Assembly (NCBI GenBank): GCA_022563395.1 | Contig: JADFNM010000001.1 | Location: 270,342-334,341, forward strand | DNA: 64,000 nt | Source: Patescibacteria group bacterium | GTDB lineage: Bacteria > Patescibacteriota > Minisyncoccia > Minisyncoccales > UBA10102 | Direction of reading: 5' to 3' | Shown: positions 56,486-64,000 of the stretch, piece by piece | Numbering within the stretch: the first letter of the stretch is position 1 | How the letters are laid out: the number at the start of each line of letters is the position of its first letter | The notes under the pieces: generated by a model | What the model saw: only the letters and a program-made list of their open reading frames with translations | Told to the model about the DNA's origin: nothing | Database searches by the model: none | Program-made: the position numbers and the translations under genes

Positions 56486-59344
56486 TCAAAGAACCCTGCC
56501 CGTGTAGCTCTTTTTCACTCTTGCTACTTCCTTGGGAGTGCCCTCTGCAACAAGCTCGCCTCCTTTTTCTCCGCCTTCCGGTCCTAAATCCAAAATCCAG
56601 TCTGCATTACGCACCAAATCCAAATTATGCTCAATAACCAGCACGGTGTTTCCTTTATCTACAAGTTCTCCTAAAACCTGCAAGAGTTTTTTTACGTCGT
56701 CAAAATGCAACCCGGTGGTTGGCTCATCTAATATGTACAAGGTCTTTCCTGTTGCTTTCTTTGCAAGCTCTGTTGCCAGCTTTACCCGCTGTGCTTCCCC
56801 GCCAGACAAAGAGGGGGCCGGCTGTCCCAACTCAATATACGAGAGACCAACATCATGTAAGGTTTTTAACTTTGCTGCGAGCGATGGAATGTTCTTGAAA
56901 AACGCCAAGGCTTCCTCTACGGTCATCTCAAGTACCTCTGCAATATTCTTTCCCTTATACTGTACCTCCAGCACTTCTTTCATGTACCTTTTTCCCTGAC
57001 ACTCCTCACACTCAACATACACATCAGGCAAAAAGTACATCTCAATCTTTTTTAACCCTTGGCCTTCACAACTCTCACATCTTCCCCCCTTCACGTTAAA
57101 AGAAAATCTGCCCAAAGCATAGCCCCTTACCCTGGCCTCTCTTGTTCCGGCAAACAAATCACGTACGACAGAGAAAGCTCCGGTATAGGTTGCGGGGTTA
57201 GAGCGCGGCGTTCTTCCAATGGGCGACTGGTCCACCAACACCACCTTATTTACATACTCAATGCCTTCAATTGCTTTGTGTGCTCCCGGCTCTTCTTTTG
57301 CCTTGTAGAACTTTTGGAGCAGGGCTTTTGCCAAAATGTCGTTTATCAAAGAACTCTTCCCAGAACCAGAAACTCCGGTCACGCACACCAACTTTCCCAA
57401 AGGTATTTTTACGTCAATGTTTTTTAAGTTGTTGTGGGAAGCTCCCTTTATTGTAAGGAAATGCTGAGTGGGGTGCTGAGCGGGGTCAGACCCCGCTCTG
57501 CCTTGAAGGGGGGGTCTGACCCCGCTTTGCCTCAACATCGTGACTGTTTTTCTCCCCGCAAGATAATCACCAGTAAGGGTGCGAGATTTCTTCAGTTTTG
57601 CAGGAGTACCCGTAAATGTAACACGGCCTCCGTGCTTTCCAGCTCCGGGGCCAATGTCTATCACCCAGTCAGCAGAGCGGATGGTTTGGGGATCGTGCTC
57701 TACCACTACAATGGTGTTGCCCAATGTGCGCAATTTCTGCAATATTGCAATCAACCTGTATTGGTCTCTTGCATGCAGACCAACCGATGGTTCATCTAAT
57801 ATGTATAAGACTCCGGCGAGCTTAGAACCAATCTGGGTTGCAAGCCGTATTCTCTGCTCTTCTCCCCCAGACAAGGTTCCTGCCTTTCTTGCTAGGGTCA
57901 AATATTCCAACCCAACGTCAATCAAAAACTGAAGTCTATTCAACACTTCTTTTATTATGGGTTGGGCTATCTTCTTTTCGTACTCTTTTAAAGAGAGCTT
58001 GGAGAAAAACTCTTTGGTGTGATTAAGCTGAAGGTTCACTACTTGGTGGATGGATTTTGAGCCAACCGTCACTGCCAAGACCTCTGGCTTTAATCTCTTT
58101 CCTTGGCACTTGACGCAAATCTTCTCAACCATATACTGCTCAATTTCTTCCCTTGCATATTCAGAATCGGTTTCATGGTATCTCCTCTCTAGCCAAGGAA
58201 TCACACCCTCAAACCCCGCACCAGAAGCTTCGCTTCGGTGCGGGGCGGGATCTCCGTAGAGTATTAAATCAATCGCTTTTTTGGGTAAATCCTTAACTGG
58301 ACTATCCAAAGAAAACTTGCGCTCTTTTGCCAAATCCTCCAGTTTCCACCAAAAGAATCCCTGCCTCCCTATCCTATGGGAAGCATGGGCCCAGGGGAAA
58401 ATAGCGCCTTCTGCAATGGAGAGCCGGGGATTGGGAATGACCAGTTTTGGATCAACCTCCAACTTCTCTCCCAACCCTTGGCAGGCAGGGCATGCTCCAA
58501 AAGGAGAATTGAAAGAAAAGACCCTGGGCTCAATCTCTGGCAAAGAGATACCGCAATCCTCGCAGGCAAACCGCTCTGAAAAAACAAGGTCAACATCATT
58601 TTGATTTTTTGCTTTTGATTTTTGACTTATCATCACCATGCCCTTTCCAAGCTTTAACGCGGTCTCTAAAGAATCAACAAGCCGGGGGCGGTCCAAATCA
58701 TTTTCCATGGTCAACCTATCTACTACAACTTCAATGGAATGTTTCTTTTTGCGGTCCAACTCTTTTTCCAGGGCTTCTTCAATGCGGTATACGATACCGT
58801 CAATCCGAACTCGCACAAACCCGGAACGCTGAATCTCTTCTAAAATGCCTTGATGCTCACCCTTTCTTTCTCTTATCACAGGACCTAAAATGGCAACCTC
58901 GGTATCTTTGGGAAGTTTTTGCACCTGCAGCGCAATGTGAGAAACAGATTGCCTGGAAACTACCTTGCCGCAATTTGGGCAATGGGGTATGCCAATCCGC
59001 GCAAACAAAAGACGGAGATAATCATAAATCTCCGTAATGGTTCCAACCGTAGACCTTGGATTGTGCGCCCCTTTTCTCTGGTCAATGGCAATGGCAGGAG
59101 AAATGCCTTCAATGCTGTCTACGTCGGGTTTTTGCATGATACCCAGAAACTGGCGGGCGTATGCACTCAAACTTTCTACATACCTTCTTTGTCCTTCAGC
59201 ATATAAGGTATCAAAGGCAAGAGAGCTTTTCCCAGAACCAGAAAGCCCGGTAATAACCACAAGCTTCCCCTTTGGGATGTCAACGTCAATGTTTTTTAGA
59301 TTATGGACTCTTGCTCCCCTAATTTTAATGAGATCTTGCGCCAT
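56486..59344 (-). CDS. uvrA: excinuclease ABC subunit A
   Basis: Two ABC modules ([18 protein letters not shown]) and zinc fingers. ATG at 59344 preferred over the GTG at 59362. Confidence 0.96.
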   Translation of the reverse strand: MAQDLIKIRGARVHNLKNIDVDIPKGKLVVITGLSGSGKSSLAFDTLYAEGQRRYVESLSAYARQFLGIMQKPDVDSIEGISPAIAIDQRKGAHNPRSTVGTITEIYDYLRLLFARIGIPHCPNCGKVVSRQSVSHIALQVQKLPKDTEVAILGPVIRERKGEHQGILEEIQRSGFVRVRIDGIVYRIEEALEKELDRKKKHSIEVVVDRLTMENDLDRPRLVDSLETALKLGKGMVMISQKSKAKNQNDVDLVFSERFACEDCGISLPEIEPRVFSFNSPFGACPACQGLGEKLEVDPKLVIPNPRLSIAEGAIFPWAHASHRIGRQGFFWWKLEDLAKERKFSLDSPVKDLPKKAIDLILYGDPAPHRSEASGAGFEGVIPWLERRYHETDSEYAREEIEQYMVEKICVKCQGKRLKPEVLAVTVGSKSIHQVVNLQLNHTKEFFSKLSLKEYEKKIAQPIIKEVLNRLQFLIDVGLEYLTLARKAGTLSGGEEQRIRLATQIGSKLAGVLYILDEPSVGLHARDQYRLIAILQKLRTLGNTIVVVEHDPQTIRSADWVIDIGPGAGKHGGRVTFTGTPAKLKKSRTLTGDYLAGRKTVTMLRQSGVRPPLQGRAGSDPAQHPTQHFLTIKGASHNNLKNIDVKIPLGKLVCVTGVSGSGKSSLINDILAKALLQKFYKAKEEPGAHKAIEGIEYVNKVVLVDQSPIGRTPRSNPATYTGAFSVVRDLFAGTREARVRGYALGRFSFNVKGGRCESCEGQGLKKIEMYFLPDVYVECEECQGKRYMKEVLEVQYKGKNIAEVLEMTVEEALAFFKNIPSLAAKLKTLHDVGLSYIELGQPAPSLSGGEAQRVKLATELAKKATGKTLYILDEPTTGLHFDDVKKLLQVLGELVDKGNTVLVIEHNLDLVRNADWILDLGPEGGEKGGELVAEGTPKEVARVKKSYTGRVL
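57478..57526. repeat. two GGGGTC-N-GACCCC palindromes inside the uvrA CDS
   Basis: GAGCGGGGTC-A-GACCCCGCTC (57478-57498) and GGGGGGGTCTGACCCCGCT (57508-57526), preceded by the tandem GCTGAGYGGGG. Confidence 0.9.
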
Positions 59345-59484
59345 GTCGGTGCAATTATACACTCATTATCAAATCATTTCAAGAGATGAATGGGGAACCT
59401 GCAATTATTGACAAAGAGAGAAATATATGATATGAAAAATTCTAGCTCACGGCCAAAAAAATCAGTCAGCAGACGGAGGATACG

Positions 59485-59706
59485 ATGAACGAACAGGAAA
59501 TGCGCCAGGAAAAGATAGCTCTTGTCACAGGCGTCCTATTTGCTGTTTTGGGCGGCGCGTTCGGGTTCTGGATGGGGCTTGAAGCGGCGAGCGAGCCTAT
59601 TGGAATTCTCGCAGGCATGATGGTTGTCGCCTTCGTCGGATACTTTTTCGGAGTTATCCTCGGAGGTATACTCGCCGCACCCCCAGAAAACGGCACTGCA
59701 CACTAA
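59485..59706 (+). CDS. small GC-rich membrane protein (73 aa, two TM helices)
   Basis: Gly/Ala-rich hydrophobic segments. Terminator-like hairpin at 59724-59749. Confidence 0.4.
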   Translation: MNEQEMRQEKIALVTGVLFAVLGGAFGFWMGLEAASEPIGILAGMMVVAFVGYFFGVILGGILAAPPENGTAH

Positions 59707-59773
59707 GCAAACCTGGTCAGTATAGCCCCGGAGTTTCGACTCTGGGGCTTCCTATTTCTGCTATACTATTTTT

Positions 59774-61261
59774 ATGGAGAAGTTTCGATATATTCTAAAA
59801 GCAAAACTCTCAATACTTCCCAAGGCACCCGGTGTCTATGCTTTGTCGTCTCCCAAAACAATCTTATATATAGGAAAGGCAGCCAACATCAAAGACCGGG
59901 TCAAAAACCACTTTGCAAAAATCATCTACAAAGACAACCTCTTCATTAAAGACGTAACCAGGGTTGGATATATCAAAACAGACTCAGATATTGATGCTTT
60001 GCTGCTGGAATCAAAACTCATTAAAACAAAGCAGCCAAAGTATAATGTCATGTGGAAAGACGACAAGAAGTACTTCTATGTCGCAATAACTAAAGAAAAC
60101 TTTCCACGAGTATTTCTCACTCATCAACCCACAGGTTCCGCTACGGGAGCATCCACCGTCGCTTCGCGCGCCATACCCACGGCCCCTCCCGAGCTTCGCT
60201 CCGTCGGACGCTCCCTCCGCCAGGGCATAGACTATATTGGTCCTTTTACCGAAGGAAAGGCAATTAAGCGAGTGCTAAGATTGTTAAGAAGAGTATTCCC
60301 CTATTACACGGCAAAAAAGCATGGGACTCTTCTTTGTCAGTACTGTCATTTGAATCTATGCCCAGGCCCCACCCCTAACAAAAAAGCATACAAAAAGAAC
60401 ATACGCAATCTTGTTGCTGTTCTTTTAGGAAAGAAAACCTCGGTGTTGAAACAACTAAAAAAAGATATGGAGAGCGCGGCAAAGAACCAGGATTTTGAAA
60501 AGGCGGCAGGATTAAGAGACCAGTTTCTTTCTTTAGAACACATCATTTCCCATGCACGGCTTCTTTCTCCCGAGGTTTCGCCTTCCCTTAACTGGACCAT
60601 GATAGAAAAAGAACTGCAAAAGCTCTTTTTGACCAAAAAGAGAATTACCCGCATTGAGGCATACGACATCTCCAACATTCAGGGTAAGGAGGCAACGGGT
60701 TCCCAGATTACCTTTCTTAAAGGAGTTCCTGCAAAGGAGTACTATAAAAAATACAAGATTCGATTGGTACATAATAAGAGCCGGGGCATTGCTAAACGCT
60801 CGACAGGGACGCCTCGCTACAATGCCCGTCGGAACCAAGCAGTTGGCTCCGACCCAAATGATTTCGCCATGATGAAAGAACTTCTTGAAAGGCGCCTTCG
60901 GCATCCAGAGTGGCCCTACCCCCAGCTCATGGTTATTGACGGCGGCAAGGGCCAACTCACCTCAGTTCTCAAAGCCATTTCAAACTTAATCTCGTCAAAT
61001 TATCCCCAACCCTTCGGGTCTGAAAACCCTTCAGGGTCTGAACGACTTAGTTTAACTAAGTTACGAGGTATTAAAATCGTAGCTTTGGCAAAGAGACAGA
61101 ATGAACTGTTCTTTCCAAAAAAGCCAAAGTCAGTATTACTCCGAGATCTGCCAAGACCGCTGGAAAACTTATTCTTGCACATTCGAGATGAGGCACACCG
61201 CTTTGCCATTAAATATCACCGTACCCTACGCTCAAAAAACCTATTCTTGAGGTCCTCTTAA
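59774..61261 (+). CDS. uvrC: excinuclease ABC subunit C, lacking the C-terminal (HhH)2 region and carrying three in-frame insertions
   Basis: GIY-YIG (VYALSS...ILYIGKAANIKDRV), UVR domain (FEKAAGLRDQ), endonuclease domain (IDGGKGQL, LAKR, EAHRFAI). Confidence 0.9.
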   Translation: MEKFRYILKAKLSILPKAPGVYALSSPKTILYIGKAANIKDRVKNHFAKIIYKDNLFIKDVTRVGYIKTDSDIDALLLESKLIKTKQPKYNVMWKDDKKYFYVAITKENFPRVFLTHQPTGSATGASTVASRAIPTAPPELRSVGRSLRQGIDYIGPFTEGKAIKRVLRLLRRVFPYYTAKKHGTLLCQYCHLNLCPGPTPNKKAYKKNIRNLVAVLLGKKTSVLKQLKKDMESAAKNQDFEKAAGLRDQFLSLEHIISHARLLSPEVSPSLNWTMIEKELQKLFLTKKRITRIEAYDISNIQGKEATGSQITFLKGVPAKEYYKKYKIRLVHNKSRGIAKRSTGTPRYNARRNQAVGSDPNDFAMMKELLERRLRHPEWPYPQLMVIDGGKGQLTSVLKAISNLISSNYPQPFGSENPSGSERLSLTKLRGIKIVALAKRQNELFFPKKPKSVLLRDLPRPLENLFLHIRDEAHRFAIKYHRTLRSKNLFLRSS

Positions 61262-61271
61262 ATGAGGTCCT

Positions 61272-61313
61272 CTTAAATCTCGTTTAAGCATGTATGCTTA
61301 AACGAGATTTAGG
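61272..61313. repeat. family-B nested palindrome (inverted pair)
   Basis: CTTAAATCTCGTTTAAGCAT-GT-ATGCTTAAACGAGATTTAGG, just after the uvrC stop. Confidence 0.9.
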
Positions 61314-61362
61314 CATTATCTGTATTATTGACGAAACGAGAGAATACCTATATACTAAGGTA

Positions 61363-61704
61363 ATGCTGCAGACAATTGTACTCTCTTTGCTTGCAGGACT
61401 GGCTGGCCTTTGGATTGCAACGGAGTTCGTTCCAGGAGTTAGCTTTACGGGCAATCTGAAAAGCTTCTTGATTGCAGGTGTTATTCTTGGTATTATCATC
61501 GCTGTATCGCGCCCCTTGCTGAACCTCTTTTCTTTGATTGTGAAACTCGTGGTTCTGGTGGCCCTCACTCTTTTGGGAGTATGGATCTTGGACATTCTCT
61601 TTCCCGAACTCAACATTCTTGGTATAACCTCTTTGTTGTGGACCGGGCTTGCGGTGGCAGGAGCTACCGTAGTCCTTTCTCTGTTTGGCAGAGGTAAAGT
61701 ATGA
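61363..61704 (+). CDS. phage-holin-4 superfamily-like 4-TM membrane protein
   Basis: LSLLAGLAGLWIATEFVPGVSFTG pattern and 4 TM helices. The ORF-track ATG at 61294 lies inside a family-B repeat arm, so the ATG at 61363 is preferred. Confidence 0.55.
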   Translation: MLQTIVLSLLAGLAGLWIATEFVPGVSFTGNLKSFLIAGVILGIIIAVSRPLLNLFSLIVKLVVLVALTLLGVWILDILFPELNILGITSLLWTGLAVAGATVVLSLFGRGKV

Positions 61705-61916
61705 ATCCTTTAAGCATTGCGCAAATTGTCGTAGCGGTCCTCTTGGTGGTTGCCATCCTTCTTCAGCAGCGTGGAGGAGGGTTGGGCGGCATTTTTGGAG
61801 GCGGAGGTGAAGGATTCTACGCCGCGAGGCGTGGGCTCCAACAAAAACTCTACTGGGCAACCGTTACATTGGGTATTCTCTTTGTAGCCCTTGCCCTGCT
61901 CAATCTCCTTTTTTAG
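61701..61916 (+). CDS. secG: preprotein translocase subunit SecG
   Basis: LLQQRGGGLGGIFGGG signature in a 71 aa two-TM protein. Confidence 0.8.
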   Translation: MNPLSIAQIVVAVLLVVAILLQQRGGGLGGIFGGGGEGFYAARRGLQQKLYWATVTLGILFVALALLNLLF

Positions 61917-61919
61917 GTA

Positions 61920-63926
61920 ATGTTTCGAAAATCTCCTCTTTTTGACAACTTTTCTGGTTTTGTGCGGGACTTCAGGTTTCCCTCGTTTGATCAATGGACA
62001 AAACTGCCCCGCGTTCTTTCTCTAAAAGAAAAGAAGGGGCTGCTCTTGCTTCTGGTTCTCTTTTTGGGCTCCTTTCTGTTCTTAGCTTCCCATATCTATA
62101 TCACCTACACCGTAGTAACTCCGGCCAGGGGGGGTCAGGTAACCGAGGGCATGGTGGGCTCTCCTCGCTTTTTAAACCCCGTGTATGCTGAGGTAAACGA
62201 CATTGATAGAAGTTTGAGCCAACTTTTGTTCTCTGGGCTGCTCCGTTACGACAATGATGGTAACCTCGCTTACGACCTTGCAGAGAATTACAGCGTTTCG
62301 GAAGGCGGGAGAGTATTTGAGGTAAACTTAAAAGACAATGTGAGGTGGCACGACGGCTACGGCTTTGACGCAGACGATATTCTCTTTACCATACAGACCA
62401 TTCAGGACCCCAGGTACAAGTCGCCGGTGAGGGCAAACTGGGTGGGAGTTAATGTTCAAAAGGTTTCTCCTCTTAAGGTACGATTTGTTTTAAAAGACCC
62501 TTTTGCAAGCTTCCCAGAACGTCTCACCTTAAAAATCCTGCCCAAGCACGTATGGGAAGAAATTAGTCCTGAAAACTTTGCTCTTTCCATATATAACCTT
62601 CAGCCCATAGGAACTGGCCCCTATCGCTTGGTTGATGTAAAACGCACCAAGTCAGGCTCGGTAAGTGAAATACAGCTCAGGGCAAATTCAAGATACCATC
62701 TTTTGGGCCCATACATTGAGAAACTCGTGTTCAAATTCTTTGAAACAGAAGAAGAGTTGCTCCGCGAAGCTGATGCGGGCAAGCTTCAGAGCTTTTCTCT
62801 CATAAACCCCGCCCCCTCAAGATTCCGCAACCCCGCATTAAAGCTATACGAGTTTTCTCTTCCACGCTCCTACTCTTTATTCTTTAACCTTGAAGCAAAC
62901 TCTCCGGTTGCAGAAAAAAATGTCAGAAAAGCGCTTGCCCTCGGAATTGACCAACAAGAGTTAAACAAAAAAGTGTTTGCAGGAAATGCAATTCTGCTGT
63001 CTTCTCTTCTGCGGCCTGACCTATTTTTGTTTACCAATCCTCCAATCCAGGACAAAGATATTGCAAAAGCCTTTACCTTGCTTCAAGAAGAAGGATACCA
63101 AAAAACAGAGCAGGGAAATTTGGTAAAGGTTGCAGTTTCAAGCGAGTTTTCAACAGACCTTCGCCGAGGAAACCAAGGCGCCTTAGTGACTGCTTTGCAA
63201 CAATGCCTATCGCTAGACCCCAATGTATATCCTGACGGCACGGTAAACGGGGTGTTTGGACCCGCAACCCAGGCTGCGGTCATACGATTTCAAGAAAAAT
63301 ATGCAGAGGATGTCTTGGCTCCCTCAGGCTTAAGCAAGGGAACAGGAACAGTGGGTCCCGCAACCCGTGCAAGGCTTAATGAAGTATGCTCTACTCCAGA
63401 AGAAGACACTCCGTTTAAGCTCACTCTTACCACCCTAGACCAGTCTCCCTTAAAAGACGTAGCCCTGTTTGTGGCAGATTCATGGAAAGAGCTGGGAATC
63501 GCCACAAAGATTAATTTTCTCACCTCTGGCGAATTGGAACGAGATGTGCTAAAACCAAGAAACTTTGAAATACTCTTGTTTGGAGAAATTCTCAGCAGAA
63601 TTCCAGACCCCCTTCCCTTTTGGCACTCCTCTCAAGTAAAAGACCCGGGGCTTAACCTTTCAGGATACGACAACTCAGATGCAGACACACTGCTTGAACA
63701 AATCCGCAGGAGTTTAAACGCAAAAGACCGGAGCAATTTCCTGCTTGAGCTCCAAAGCCTTCTGTTAAAAGACCTTCCAGCAATAGCGCTCTATGACCTT
63801 CCTTTCCAGTATGTTGTTTCAAAGAAAATTAAGGACGTGAAAGGACAGCTCTTGTCTGAGCCTTCACAAAGGTTTTCTGGCGTTTTGGATTGGTATATAA
63901 AGACAAAACGAGTTTGGAGCTTTTAG
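61920..63926 (+). CDS. family-5 (peptide/nickel type) ABC substrate-binding protein with TM anchor and an inserted peptidoglycan-binding domain
   Basis: SBP_bac_5-like blocks (VRWHDG, GTGPYRL). Inserted PG_binding_1-like segment GNQGALVTALQQCL...GVFGPATQAAVIRFQ. Confidence 0.75.
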   Translation: MFRKSPLFDNFSGFVRDFRFPSFDQWTKLPRVLSLKEKKGLLLLLVLFLGSFLFLASHIYITYTVVTPARGGQVTEGMVGSPRFLNPVYAEVNDIDRSLSQLLFSGLLRYDNDGNLAYDLAENYSVSEGGRVFEVNLKDNVRWHDGYGFDADDILFTIQTIQDPRYKSPVRANWVGVNVQKVSPLKVRFVLKDPFASFPERLTLKILPKHVWEEISPENFALSIYNLQPIGTGPYRLVDVKRTKSGSVSEIQLRANSRYHLLGPYIEKLVFKFFETEEELLREADAGKLQSFSLINPAPSRFRNPALKLYEFSLPRSYSLFFNLEANSPVAEKNVRKALALGIDQQELNKKVFAGNAILLSSLLRPDLFLFTNPPIQDKDIAKAFTLLQEEGYQKTEQGNLVKVAVSSEFSTDLRRGNQGALVTALQQCLSLDPNVYPDGTVNGVFGPATQAAVIRFQEKYAEDVLAPSGLSKGTGTVGPATRARLNEVCSTPEEDTPFKLTLTTLDQSPLKDVALFVADSWKELGIATKINFLTSGELERDVLKPRNFEILLFGEILSRIPDPLPFWHSSQVKDPGLNLSGYDNSDADTLLEQIRRSLNAKDRSNFLLELQSLLLKDLPAIALYDLPFQYVVSKKIKDVKGQLLSEPSQRFSGVLDWYIKTKRVWSF

Positions 63927-64000
63927 GCCTGGGTGGTGAAATTGGCAAACACGCTAGCTTCAGGAGCTAGTGCCTTCACGGGCTTGCGAGTTCAAGTCTC
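63927..64000 (+). tRNA. tRNA-Leu (anticodon CAG), 3' end truncated by the window edge
   Basis: GCCTGGGTGGTGAAATTGG D-arm, anticodon loop TTCAGGA, long variable arm, T-arm start GCGAGTTCAAGTCTC. Confidence 0.8.

Overview
The window looks like an AT-rich, gene-dense bacterial chromosome segment. About 85% of genes are on the minus strand, and it resembles a small-genome Patescibacteria/CPR-like organism (inference only). The core content is housekeeping: dnaJ-dnaK-grpE, groES-groEL, uvrA, uvrC, dnaG-rpoD, pyrG, rplI, rpmA, serS, lysS, greA, secG, a cell-envelope block (mreC, mreD, PBP2, murF, FemAB-like, DegT-like, ftsQ-like) and four tRNAs (Lys-UUU, Asn-GUU, Ser-GGA, partial Leu-CAG). No rRNA, CRISPR array, transposase, integrase or reverse transcriptase was seen. 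The unusual content is structural. (1) A conserved intergenic module (short hairpin, T-run, GATAG just 5' of start codons, often with a CAATATATGAAGCCGGACTCA box) punctuates a co-oriented array of accessory genes at 0-15 kb. (2) A radical SAM / PLP-decarboxylase / ATP-grasp / dapA neighbourhood lies at 3-8 kb. (3) There are many short GC-rich islands (radical SAM, dapA, DEAD-box helicase, purE-purC, asd, three orphan ORFs), each with its own strong Shine-Dalgarno, and several with a visible sigma70-type promoter and/or intrinsic terminator. (4) An orphan-gene cassette is flanked by 33-bp direct repeats, nested inside ~80-bp direct repeats. (5) A nested-palindrome repeat family (GCTTAAATCTCGTTTAAGC) occurs at 9 or more intergenic loci. 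(6) GC-rich hairpin elements occur both intergenically and in frame inside uvrC, uvrA, rpoD and a DegT-like gene. All functional interpretations are hypotheses from reading the sequence; no searches or computations were run.
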